64,000 nucleotides of DNA from Octopus sinensis (Eukaryota): assembly GCF_006345805.1 (NCBI RefSeq), contig NC_043009.1, forward strand, positions 16,988,001-17,052,000. The letters run 5' to 3'. Every line of letters begins with the position of its first letter. Within the stretch, counting starts at the first letter, position 1. The position numbers and the translations under genes were made by a program. Positions 25,274 through 37,881 of this stretch are shown here, in pieces. The notes below the pieces were generated by a model. It did no database searches. It saw nothing but the letters and a program-made list of their open reading frames with translations, and was not told the DNA's origin.

Positions 25274-25680
25274 GGAGTGGCTGTGTGGTAAGTAGCTTGC
25301 TTACCAACCACATGGTTCCGGGTTCAGTCCCACTGCGTGGCACCTTAGGCAAGTGTCTTCTACTATAGCCTCGGGCCGACCAAAGCCTTCTGAGTGGATT
25401 TGGTAGGCAGAAACTGAAAGAAGCCCATCGTATATATGTATATATATGTATACATGTGTGTATATATTTGTGTGTCTGTGTTTGTCCTCCCAACATCGCT
25501 TGACAACCGATGTTGGTGTGTTTACATCCCTGTAACTTAGCGATTCAGCAAAAGAGACCGATAGAATAAGTACTAGGCTTACAAAGAATAAATCCTGGGG
25601 TTCGATTTCCTTGATTAAAGGTGGTGCTCCAGCATGGCCGCAGTCAAATGACTGAAACAAGTAAAAGAGTAAAAGAGAGT
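25274..25680 (+). mobile_element. Family A SINE, full length
   Basis: A-box- and B-box-like head, central microsatellite, conserved tail ending (aaaagagt)n. Confidence 0.9.
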
Positions 25681-26744
25681 GCTCCTTCAAACTGGACTCT
25701 ACTTAAAAATAGAAGATATTAGATAATGTGAGGAATTGAAGACCAGTGGTTCTCAGCCATTTTTCGCTTTCCACCATATTCTAGAATATCATTCACTGTT
25801 TTTTTAATATTGAATCAAAAGAGGCATTTCAAATAATATACATTCAAAACTGAAAACAGATTGTTTTAAATACTGGGATGCCTCCCTAAAAATTGTGGAT
25901 AGCTTCTGTTACTTAGGGAGCATAATTAGCAGGGCTGGTTATTGCTCTAAAATTATAATAGCTGAGACAAGAACATACTGGAAGAAGTTCAGGCAACTGT
26001 TTCCACTGTTAACAACAAAGGTCTTTTTCCTGAAAGTCAAAAGCAGATTGTGTTGAAATCAAGAAGACTTGCAAAGACTAAAAAGAAAAGAAACGAATAT
26101 GCTCTGAGTGGTGTATAACTGAGTATTCAGATAAGCTGAGTAAAGAATGATGCATAAGGGGAATAGAGTGTGTAGTGTGCAAAGAGGAGGTTGCCCTTAT
26201 AAGGACATGAGATGCATAAGGAAGAGGATTCCTAGGCAAGGAAGTGTTGAGCATTCCAAGATAGGGAAACCTGTGGTAGAGGAAGAGCAAAATAGACTTG
26301 GAACCAAATCGAGAAGACTGACTTGAAGATGTTGCATCTCACAGAAAACAAATGACAAAGAAACATTTTACTACTATGGTCGGATTCCAACATGGTCCAC
26401 AGCAACAAAGTCCACCCACCACAGTTCTCTGTCCAACATCATTGATTTGAGGTCCTGTTTGCATTCTAGCCCAGTGTCTGAGATCAAGTTGTCGATGTGT
26501 GACAATGTTTTCCTCTTCTTGTGGGTTCCTCAAGACTGATTTTGGTGCTTCCCATTCAGGGTGGCAAAATGCAATGACCAGACAGTCACAACCATCTGAA
26601 CCATACTGATTGGCAAAATGCAGTATGACAGATGACCTATCCACAGGCACATAAGGGCAGTGTTTAAAAAGCTGGAAATCTACCTATCTATTTGTCTATC
26701 TGTCTATCTGTCTGTCTCTCTGTCTCTGTCTGTCTGTCTGTCTG

Positions 26745-26799
<55 letters not shown>

Positions 26800-27567
26800 C
26801 TATCTATCTATCTATCTAGCTATATATATTAAATATCTATGTGTACGGAATACAGTGAGGATTGAAACTATGATGTCCATATCTGTCTTTGATATGTTCC
26901 AGCCGAATCAGACGTGAATATGCTAATTGCTGATGTATTTTGTCTTTGAAGAACAACTTCATTCAGAGACTGTATGCCCACAGCACACTTGATTCATTCA
27001 GGTGAGGGGACTTTGAGGCAATGTAATTTCTCAAACCTGGTTGTGTCTCTTCAAAGCTGCCCTCCGGATCAATGAATTGAATCTGTTTGAACACAGATTT
27101 GAACAGAGAAATAAATACAAAAAAAGAATAGCATGTTTATGTTGGATTCTGCTGGAACACATGTATGAAGGTGCATGTCTTAGAAGTATTTGGCTCACGA
27201 TTGTAAGGTTGAGAGTTCAATTCCTGGTGGCATGTTGGCCCATGAGCAAGACACTTTATTTCATGTTGCTCCAGTCCACTCAGCTGGCAAAAATGAGTGG
27301 TACCTGTATTTCAAAGGGCCACCCTCATCACACTCTGTGCCATGCTGAATCTCCCTGCTGGATTTTGAAACTAGTATACAAGTAGCTTTTTTTTTCTCAC
27401 GTATATATCATCATCATCATCGTCTAACGTCCGTTTTCCATGCTAGTATGGGTTGGACGGTTCGACCGGGGATCTGGGAAGCCAGAAGGCTGCACCAGGC
27501 TCCAGTCTTATCTGGCAATGTTTCTACACCAACCACTCCGTGAGTGTAGTGGGTGCTTTTTACGTGC

Positions 27568-27609
<42 letters not shown>

Positions 27610-27629
27610 TCGTAACATAGTAGGCATAG

Positions 27630-28485
27630 GCATGGCTGTGTGTTAAGAAGCTCGCTTCCAAACAACATTGTTCCGGGTTCAGTCCCACTGCAAGGTACTT
27701 TGGGCAAGTACCTTCTAATATAGCTTCAGGCTGACCAAAGCTTTGTGAGTGGATTTGGCAGATGGAAACTGAAAGAAGCCCGTCATATATATATTTATAT
27801 ATGTGTGTTTATCTTTGTGTCTATGATTGTTTTCCACTATCACTTGACAACTGGTGTTGGTTTATTTACCTCCCTGTAACTTAGCAGTTCAGCAAAAAGT
27901 ACAACAAAATAAGTATTAGGCTTTAAAAAAGAAATGTACAAGGGGGGTTGATTTGTTTGACTAAAAGTTCTTCAAGGTGGTGCCCAACATGTCCTCAGTC
28001 TAAGGACTGGAACAAGTAAAAGATAAAAGATAGAAGATAACTAATTATTTGATGTACCAAAGATACTGAAGCTAGGAGTGGCTGTGTGGTAAGTAGCTTG
28101 CTAACCAACCACATGGTTCCGGGTTCAGTCCCACTGCGTGGCATCTTGGGCAAGTGTCTTCTGCTATAGCCCCGGGCCGACCAATGCCTTGTGTGTGGAT
28201 TTGGTAGACGGAAACTGAAAGAAGCCTGTCGTATATATGTATATATATATATGTATGTGTGTTTGTGTGTGTGTGTGTTTGTCCCCCTAGCATTGCTTGA
28301 CAACCGATGCTGGTGTGTTTACGTCCCCGTGACTTAGCGGTTCGGCAAAAGAGACCGATAGAATAAGTACTGGGCTTACAAAGAATAAGTCCCGGGGTTG
28401 ATTTGATCGACTAAAGGTGGTGCTTCAGCATGGCCACAGTCAAATGACTGAAACAAGTAAAAGAGTAAAAGAGAGTAAAAGAGTA
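27630..28485 (+). mobile_element. Two tandem family A SINEs
   Basis: Copies at ~27630-28032 (older) and 28075-28485 (younger), in the same orientation about 40 bp apart. Confidence 0.85.
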
Positions 28486-28882
28486 CTTAAAAAAAAACAA
28501 AGAAAAAAAACAAGAAGTTCTCTAAAATTCCTGGTTAATTCAAGTTATTATATTCTGAAGAATGTGCAGTCAATGGGAAGCCTGTAGTTGCATTTTCTTT
28601 GTCATTTCTTGAATACAAGGAAGAGTATTTTGTTTCCATTTGCAACACAATTGAAAAAAACCTGAACCATAAAGATACGTTGGCACAAATGAAGCAATGC
28701 TTGTACAGCTCTTTCTTCCACTTTTAGGAAGGAATTGCACATTAAAACAAAAATTCTGTCAATGATTCTTCGTCAAGAATCTCTGACTCCTGAGATCCTT
28801 TTTCAGCTCCATCAGAAAATATTTTTCAGCTGATAATCTTAAAGATTTAGCACCATATCCACAGGACATCACTGAAATAAGG

Positions 28883-29205
28883 AAAAATCATTATCGTTGT
28901 TGTTGTCGTCATCATGGTCACCATTGCTGCCACCACTGCCTTCATTGTTATTTAATGTCTATTTTCCATGCTGGTATGGGTTGGCCAGCTTGACAGGAAC
29001 TGACCGGCCACTGGCTGCACTAGGTTCCACGGTCTGTTTTGGCTTGCTTTCTACAGCTCAATGCCCTTCCTAATACTAACCACTTTACAAAGTGGACTGG
29101 GTGCTTTTTACATGGCACCAGCACCCACATCACACCAATGCTTTTTACATGGCACCTTGGTTTTAGGATATCATGATTGTTGAGGATTAGGACTATATCC
29201 ACTGT
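28883..29205 (-). mobile_element. RTE-tailed SINE (family D) with a 17-bp target-site duplication
   Basis: Core ttaggaagggcat...ccaacccataccagcatggaaaatagacatta. Flanked by acatcactgaaataagg at 28866-28882 and 29206-29222. Confidence 0.75.
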
Positions 29206-29460
29206 ACATCACTGAAATAAGGGAAAATATGAATTGAATTCATTTTCTGGTTCTGTGAAATGCTGCAAAATTTTGTTTTTGGCAAATTTTAGAAGTATTT
29301 GGTCTTCTTTGCAACAAAACTTGATGACAGTTTCCAGTTTGTTTATGACAGGTTTCAAAGAATCAATGAATTCTATGATGTTTGTATTTCTTTCTTGCAT
29401 TTAAACCTCCACTTTATTCAGCTGATAATAATCCATTCATAATTCCAGCCAAGCAAAATA

Positions 29461-29852
29461 TCTCATCTCTCTCTATATAAACGGCAGTTTGTCTGTGCGT
29501 GTTTCTGTGTGTCTGTTTTCTCGTACCCTCACCCTGACCACGGCTTTCAACCGATTCTGATGAAACTTGACACACACATAGCCCAATGTCATAATTCAAA
29601 ACTAACGCAGCGAAAATTTTGAAAAGTTCCCCCAGTTCTGAAAAAAATCGATAAATTCGACATGGGGTCGAGAATAAAAAATAACAAACCACAGACTGTC
29701 TAGGGGACGCAACTCAACCTTTTATTACTCTCAAAAAAAAATTTACATCATTTTTTTCCCATTTTTTTGCTATTTTTTGGCTATAACTCTCTAAAAATGC
29801 TTTATAGTTATTTCCCTTACAAACCTGAGCAACGCCGGGCGATACTGCTAGT
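29461..29852 (-). mobile_element. Non-autonomous Helitron/Helentron-like (HINE/DINE-type) element
   Basis: 5' end ACTAGCAGTATCGCCCGGCGTTGCTC, internal aagtttcatcagaatcggttgaaagcc, and 3' end cagacaaactgccgtttatatagag. Related pieces occur at 4834-5070, 6850-7135 and 55196-55640. Confidence 0.65.
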
Positions 29853-30283
29853 CTTAATCTAAATTTCAAAAGTAATTTGGAGCCATCATCAAGCTCAAAT
29901 AACCATTCACTTATATTTCTTGTTGAAAGCTATGAAACATTCCGGTAGAAAAAGGATTGTCAGTATATAAATTGCATGAAAAGTTAAGAGTTGACTGCCC
30001 ATCTTCCCTTTTTTTTACAAAATTCACAATTTGAATTGTTTACCTCAAATGTTCTTTGTAGAACTTGAAGTGTTTCCGAGAGCAGCTCTTCACAACAGCT
30101 CATGCAATGAATAGCTTTCACTTTTGGAGCTTACTGTTTCACACAAACTTCAAACCCAGATCTTGTTCACAAACTACAATTCTACAGATTGAAGATAATC
30201 TACAGGAAATCACACTTTATTAAAAAATGTCTCAAATTCCCCCCTACTCTCAAATCCTTGAAATTCCTAAAGGGGATTCAGAG

Positions 30284-30449
30284 AGGTATGGCTGTGTAGT
30301 AAGAAACATGCAGCTCAACCACATGACTCTAGGTTCATCCCACTTTGGGGTGCCTTGGTCAAGTGTCTTCAACTGTCAAATCCACTCAGGCCAACCAAAG
30401 TTTTGTGAGTGGATTTGGTAGATAGAAACTGAAAGAAGCCCGTCATGTG

Positions 30450-30486
<37 letters not shown>

Positions 30487-30680
30487 GTCCTTCACTACCA
30501 CTTCACAACCAATGCTGGTTTGTTATATCCCCATAACTTATCATTTTGGCTAAAGAGACTGATAGAATAAGTATCAGGCTTAAAAAAACTACTGGGCTCG
30601 ATTTGTACAACTAAAAATTCTTCAAGGTGATGCTCCAGCATGCCCACAGTCTAATGACTGGATCAAGTAAAAGAATTTTA
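30284..30680 (+). mobile_element. Family A SINE, diverged
   Basis: Same head, linker and tail layout as the copy at 25274. Confidence 0.8.
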
Positions 30681-31194
30681 AGAATAAAGGAATACTAATA
30701 TGTTTGAAAATATTGGTTTCAAATTTTGGCACAAGGCTAGTAATTTCAGGAGATCGGGTAAGTTGATTACATCAGCCCCAATACTCAACTGGTATTTATT
30801 TTATCAACATCAAAAGGATGAAAGGCAAAATTGACCTCAGCAGGAAATTGAACTCAGAACATAAAGATGGATGAAATAGCACTAAGCATTTTGCCCAGCA
30901 TGCTAACAATTCTGCTAGGTTGCTGCTTTTGGGTATATTTGGAAATATTATGGAATGATTGTAGATGGAATTTCTTTGTTTATACTTTTCTTGACCTAAC
31001 TTCAACAACATCACAACAGCAAAATGATGAAGAAAGAAGCCCCTACAAAGTCACATAGTCTGCTAATAATAGCAGCCAAACAAAGGATTAATACAAATGC
31101 TAAGTCTGGAAAAAGTGTGAGTTGTCATTAATGGAACTTTTGAAATCATAGATCAGAGCTGTCCTGGGATAAAAAACTCCATCACAACCATGAT

Positions 31195-31745
31195 GATGAT
31201 GATCATCATCAGTTAGTGTCTGCTTTCCAAGTTGGCATGGGTTAGATGGTTTGACTGGAACTGGTAAGCTGGAGAGCTGCACCAAGTTCCAGTTTGATTT
31301 GGCATGGTTTCTATAGCTTGATGCCCTTCCTAATGCCAACCACTTCAAGAGTGTAATGGGTGCATTTTATGTGTCACCAACACAGTTGCTTTTATGTGCC
31401 ATTGACACAGGTGCTAGTTACATGACACCAGCATCAGCCATAACTATGATTTCACCTGGCTTGAGGAATCTTCTCAAACACAGTACATTGCAAAAAGTCT
31501 TGGTCACTTGTCCTTGCCTCCATGAGGCCTGTTTGAAGATCATGCTTCTGCACCTCGACCCATGTCTTTCTGGGTCTACCTATTTCACAGGTTCCCTCCA
31601 CAGTTAGAGATGAACACTACTTCACACAGCTGTCCTCACCCATATGCATCACATGGCCATACCAGTGCAGTCGTCTCTCTTGCACACTAAATCTGATGCC
31701 TCCTATGCCCACACCAAAACACCACCTCTACTGATCACCAGTGAA
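31195..31745 (-). mobile_element. RTE LINE 3' fragment with shared SINE tail
   Basis: Minus strand VQERRLHWYGHVMHMGEDSCVK..GRPRKTWVEV.KHDL is homologous to 38330-38500 and is followed by the ttaggaagggcat...ccaacccatgcc tail. Confidence 0.75.
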
Positions 31746-32995
31746 TCAAACCACAGATAATATTCTTTCTCACTTAAATGGGAATGTGTCTGTTAGAACA
31801 AACTATATTGTGGTAGATACCATGACAGAAACTCTCATATTGGTTTTTGGTGCAAAATGCATTCTTGTTTATCTCACTTGTGGGGAGATAAATCCCTGCT
31901 CCCTCCCGCACCAAGAGCACCAGATCATGTGATTTTGGCCTTCCTTGGTCTTGTCAATGATGGATGCTTGACTACATGAGATAACAGTGACTCATCTCCC
32001 TGCTAGTGATGTATAGAATAATAGTGCCAGAACAGGTACTGGTGCCAAGATTAGCCAGAGAGCTTGTTAAAAAATATATATTAGCAACAGAAGCAGTATT
32101 AATATATATTTTCCAATCCATAAATATATTAGATAATAAGTTTAAACATTCCTTCATTGAAAGTATCAAAACTCCAGACCCTATCAGAAGTTTTTTTGTC
32201 TCTTTCACTGTTACCCCAATTTCTTTCTGTCAAACTCTCAGACATATTCACACCCAACTATCAACCTTACCACTACCCCTAACCTCATACACTTGTCCTG
32301 AAAGGAGCTGATGATTTGAGTGAAATTTCATCTTGTACATGGCATGTCTTTATGTGATGTTGAACTAGATATGTCATGCTTGGAAGGAAATGCAAACAGA
32401 AGCCACGAGACGGAAAGTACGCACTAATTGCTAAGCAAGGGCAGAGGCAATCCATATCCTCTCCACCACACAATTCTTTATCATTCGTTAGAAACATCAT
32501 AACCATCAACAACTTGTATGTCCCTGCTTTTTCTTAATAATGATTTTGCCAAGAAGCCAAGGGTGAGTGAGGTGCTTTGTTGAACAGCAGGTGTCTCCCC
32601 TTCGTCCCCTTCACCACACAAATTGTTCTCAATATTATTTACACCATCACTAATGACATCATCACATATGTGTGAAAGTGCATATGAGTATATATGTGTG
32701 TGTGTGTGTGTGTGTGTTCACACACGTGCACCCCCACCCATGCTTTTGTTGGTTTTGCTGCAGGTACTGTTATTGTTGTTGCTGTTGATGTTATATTTCT
32801 TGCCCCATTTCTATTATATTCAAGTGAACGTCATTTTATGTCGTATCTATGCGTTTGGGTGGCAAGCTGGTAGAACCGTTAGCACACTGTGTGAAATGCT
32901 CATCAAAATTTGGTCTGTCGCTACATCCTGAGTTCAAATTCCTCCAAGGTTGATGCTGCCTTTTATCCTTACAAGCTCAATCAATAAAATTAATT

Positions 32996-33213
32996 AATTA
33001 ATGTTCGTCCTTCGGTTCGAAGATGACCAACTGACATCATCTGATGGAACTGCCGCCATGAGACCTGAGGTGGCTGGTGAGGCCAATCCGGGCAAGGAAG
33101 CCCCTCCCACAGGTGGGGCAGAAGTGGGTAGGGGGCCGTGCTACTGGTGCAGGCGGCTCTGGCTTTACGCATCTGACGTTTCTGCTCCGCTGACCGAATC
33201 CGTCCCTCCTCAA
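32996..33213 (-). mobile_element. BovB/RTE-1-type LINE 3' end
   Basis: EEGRIRSAEQKRQMRKARAA, a frameshift, then CPTCGRGFLARIGLTSHLRSH, ending in ggtcatcttcgaaccgaaggacgaac. This is a typical RTE-1/BovB terminus and is much higher in GC than the flanks. Confidence 0.8.
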
Positions 33214-33894
33214 TAAAATATGAACCAGCTGGGCACCGGACTTATCCCATCCCCCAAACTTACTGGCCCCGTGCCAAAATTTGAAACCAGTTTAGTTGGT
33301 ATATAAGGTGGCAAGCTGGCGGAATCATGAGGAAGCTGGGCAAAACACTTAGCAGCACTTGGTCTGTCTGTATGTTCTGAGTTCAAATTCTGCCAAGGTT
33401 GACTTTGATTTAATCCATTCGAGGTTTATAAGAGGTTTATAACATAAGTAACAGTTGATCGAAGGGTCAATGGAATTGGCATACCCACTCCCCCAAACTC
33501 GCTGGCCAAGCACCAAAATTTGAAATAGATATTATGTCGTCACACAGAAAAAAATCTGTTTATCCAAAATTCCTTTCTTTGACATCAAAATATTGAAGTA
33601 CTTATTTGCCACAAGGGCAACATAGATCAGTGTAATTCATAACATATGCAAAATGCAAAAAAAAAAAAGAGTTGTGATATTTCTAACACAAATAAATAAA
33701 TAAAAAATAATAATGAATTTTCAAATTATCCCAAGGCCCCACAATGTGCTTGGAATTGAAGAATGGTTGATTAAATTGACCCCAATAAATGACTGGTGCA
33801 TTTTTTTTATTAATGGAGGGTGAAGAGATGAAAGGCAAAATTGAATGTGTGATTATAAACACAAGAACCATCAAGGTATATAAGCTCTTTCCAG

Positions 33895-34270
33895 CTCAAT
33901 GATGATGGTAACAATGATAACAAAGATAAGGGGCAGGATGGAGGTGATGATGACAACGAGAGTGGTTACAATGAAGGAGATGACGATGCTGATGATGATG
34001 AGATGACAACAATGACAATGAGAAGGAGGACGAAGGAGATGATGAGAGCAATGTGAATGATGGCAGTGAAGAGGATGATGATGATGATGACAGCAATGAC
34101 ATTGATAAGGAGTGGGATGAAGATGCTGATGGCCACACGAATGATGACAATGTAGGGGATGATGCTGGTGATGACAGCAAAAACAATGATAATGAGGATG
34201 ACTGAGATGATGATAACAGGAAAGATAACAATGAAGGGGATGATGATGATTATGATGATGATGATGCAGC

Positions 34271-34302
<32 letters not shown>

Positions 34303-34865
34303 ATGATGATACTCCTGAGGTTCTTAACAACAACAGCAATGATTACAAAGATGGTGGAGATGATGATGATGATGACAGCAATGACAGTGCTAAGAAGGAT
34401 GATGGTGGCAACAAGAATGATGACAATGAAGGGATGAGGATGATGATGATGATGATGAGGATGGCGAAGATGATGATGATGGTGACAGTAATGACAATGA
34501 TAAGTTGGATGATGGTGATGTTTGGTAACGAGAATAGCCACAAAGAAGGCAATGATGCTGCTGCTGCTGCTGATGATGATGATGATGACAGCAATGACAA
34601 TGATAAGCAGGATTATGGAGACGATGATAGCAATGACAATAAAGGGGATGACAATAATGATGATGATACTGATGTTGATGAGGATGACAGCAATGGCAAT
34701 GATGAGGAGGAGGATGGAGATGATGATGGCAACTGAAATGAAGACAAGGAGAAGGATGGTGATGCTGCTGTTGCTACTGCTGAAGATGATGATGATGGTG
34801 TTGGTGTTGGTGGTGGTGGTGATGATGATGATGATGATGATGATGACAATGATGGCAGATGATGC
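33895..34865. repeat. Degenerate (GAT)n-based low-complexity tract
   Basis: ~1 kb of GAT/GAC/AAT/GCT/GGT triplets; gives poly-D, poly-M, poly-I and poly-S ORFs on both strands. Confidence 0.9.
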
Positions 34866-35099
34866 TAATGTTTACAAACTCTCTTTATTTTTTCTTTTGT
34901 TATTTGTTACAGTCATTAGTTTTGCTGCCATGGTTATTGCTGTTGTTGCTATATCAGTAATTTGGTACTCTTTATTCTTATACTGGTTTCTACCATTGCA
35001 CTGTGGCCATTCTGGAGCATGGATTTCAAATGTTTTTAGTCAAACATACTGACTCCAGTGTTTACTTCACTCTGCTACTTACTTTAGTAATACAAAATG

Positions 35100-35400
35100 A
35101 TAAGCACTAAACACTTACACACACACACACACATGCACACACATACACAAACATATGTATGTATGTGTATGTATGTATGTATGTGTGTGTGTATGTATGC
35201 ATGTATGTATGTATGTATGTATGTATGTATGTATGTATGTATGTGTGTATGTATGTATGTATATGTCTGTGTGTGCATGTGTGTGTATATGTCTGTGTGT
35301 GCATGTGTGTGTATATGTATATGTGTGTGTGTGTGTGTGTGTATACATACAGGCAGACAGCCACACAGATGGATAGATAGATAGATATACATATCCATAT
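35100..35400. repeat. (CA)/(TATG)/(TG) compound microsatellite
   Basis: Seen directly in the sequence. Confidence 0.95.
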
Positions 35401-35827
35401 TACATATATGTGTACATACGTATGTGTATCTGTGTATGTAAAGGAGGCTTCGGTACAATTTCCGCCTATTATTATTAGACATTGTTAACACGAGTCTGAG
35501 GCAGAAAAAAGAATTGAACCATCTATCTGTTGCTTTATGTTACCTAATATAAGCACAAGTCAGCACATTTTGGAGGAGGGTAGAGCCAGTTAACGCAAAT
35601 ACTAGAGCAGAAGGTTGTAAAGGACTGTAACGAAATACCGTTTCAACATTGAATCTGTTGTTCTATAATTTCTGACACCAACCCCCCCCCCCTCCTACCA
35701 GCTATAATAACAAGAATGCTTTCGAACTTAAGCTCTGGGCCACACATTTCTAAGAGGTGGTTCATCAGAGTATTCAAAATACTGTAAGATTCTTTTATTT
35801 GCTGTTTACCAATTCTGCCCCAAAAGG

Positions 35828-35828
35828 A

Positions 35829-35881
<53 letters not shown>

Positions 35882-36085
35882 CACTACTACTACTACCACC
35901 ACCACCACCACCACCACCACCACCACCACCACTACTACTACTACTACTATACTACTACTACTACTACAGCTGCTGCTGCTGCTGATGATGATGATGAGGG
36001 GGATGAGGATGAGGAGGATGAGGATGAGGATGAGGATGAGGATTATTATTATTATTATGATGATGATGATGATGATGATGATGAG
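35828..36085. repeat. Compound trinucleotide array CTA-CCA-CTA-GCT-GAT-GAG-ATT-GAT
   Basis: Seen directly in the sequence. Confidence 0.95.
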
Positions 36086-37881
36086 GAGGAGGGTTTCAAA
36101 TTTTGGCACAAGGTAAGCAATCAAATAGAATACATCTTTTTGAGAAAATATATGGGGAACAACATCAGGAAGTGATACCTTGTGTGGAAGAAAATTAAGT
36201 ATTTTGGGGGAGAACTTTGGAACAGGTGAGTGAGACACGAAGTAAGTGCAGAGTGACTAACACAGGTGGAGAGACAACTTGTAACTGTAGCAAGACAAAA
36301 GAAAGTCAGAGATTGAAGCTAGAAAAAATAGCAAATTGGAAAGGAGCCGACCCAGCTGAAGCACAAGGTTACTTTACGTAGTTGTATGAAAGGATCCCTG
36401 CAGACCTGGATGAATGTCTACAACAGGATCAAATCCCTGGGTGACAAAGGGATGAATGTTACTATGGTTCAAGGAACCCTTGAAAGGTAAATTAGTAACA
36501 GATTTCCAACCTATCACCTGTTCACCACTTATGTGGAAGGTTATGACTGGTGTCTTGGCTTAAAAGGAGTAAAATCATCTGGAAAGTAACAATCTACTTT
36601 CAGTAGAATGGAAAGGATGCAGGAAACAAAGTAGGGCAACAACAACAAAAACACTTATTAGTTGACAAAATGACAATTAGAAATTGTAGATGCAGATTGG
36701 ATTACAAAAAAAAAAATAGAAAACATATGACACGGTACCACAGCCGGCATGTTTGGAGTGGCAGGAAATAAGGAGGAAATGGTGAATGAAAGTATGAAGA
36801 ATTAGAATACTGAACTGATTGGAGGAAAACAATAATTTGGGAAAGCGAACACTGAGACATGGTATGTGTCAAGGTGATAGCTTATCTCCATTCCTATTTG
36901 TTTTGGCCATGACACCACCCAGTTTGATATTATGAGAAGCTAAAGTAGCTTATGATTTGGGAAAAAAGATATGGTTGGATAAACCATCTCCTTTTTATGG
37001 CTAATATAAAGCTTTATGTGGAAAATGAGAAACAGCTTGAAAGTCTTGTACATACTACTAACATTTTCTCAAATGACATGGGTATGGAATTTGGGATTGA
37101 AAAGTGCATTATATTGATAATGAAATGAGGAATATTTAGGGAATTGAAATGCCAAATGCCGAACAATGAAAGCAGTTGAGAAAGGACAACAGTACAAATA
37201 TCTGGGAATACTAGAGACAGATGAAATGAAGCATGAAGAGATGAAACAAATTACAAGTAGGGAGTATACAAGGAGTGTGAGAAAAATATTGGTCAAAGTG
37301 GAATTCACAAAATGTTATTGAAGCAATAAATGCAAGAGCAGCACCAATAATTAGATATGGAGTTGGAATTGTAGATTGGATCAAAAAGGACAAACAGAAA
37401 CTTGAAAGAAAATCTAGAAAGCTATTGACAATGAATGGAGCTCAACATCTGAAAGTTAATATAAACCAGTTGTACTCAAAGGGTGACTAGGGTGGAAGAA
37501 ACTTATTTGCTGTGTAGGAATGTGTACAGGTGGAAAGAAAAAATCTACAAAGCTATTTACAGAGCGGCACAGAGAAATTACTGAAGTCAGTGAATAAAGA
37601 ACAGGTAGTCAAGTGTGGAACAAGAGAAATGGACAAAAATGAAATTCAAAGAGAGCATTTTAAACAGACTGAACAAAAACATTCGCATGTTTGTTTTGGA
37701 AAGCTTTTGAGGGTGTGTGGGGAACAAAAACCTGGGCTTCATTGAAAAAAGAGCAATTAAAAAAAGGTACAGCAGCTCAAGATAAAGCATTAAAAACAAA
37801 CAACTTGAGAAAATATGTGTATGGGGAGAAGATTTCAGCAAATTATAGAATGTGGAATTCCAGGTGAAATAATGGCACACA

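Larger units (their letters stand above)
28520..30200 (-). mobile_element. hAT-Charlie/Buster-type transposase remnant, interrupted by two younger insertions
   Basis: Fragments VKQ*APKVKAIHC, IVNFVKK, QERNTNIIEFIDSLK..NKILQHFTEPENEFNSYFP and ERAVQALL..PTYL resemble the Charlie/ZBED5 C-terminal half. Confidence 0.6.

Noticed and set aside
25274-25345. tRNA-like A/B boxes in SINE heads
   Set aside because: They continue into SINE cores and occur in many diverged copies, with no complete cloverleaf, so they are not called tRNA genes.
31972-32311. Overlapping ORFs, one faintly GPCR-TM-like (ANIYFLTSSLA)
   Set aside because: A single weak motif with no further TM pattern or splice support.
33966-36238. 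Long ORFs rich in I, M, V, T, D, S or H/Y/C (also 6074-6526, 41995-42666 and others)
   Set aside because: They are translations of di-, tri- and tetranucleotide repeats, with no splice context or domain signal.
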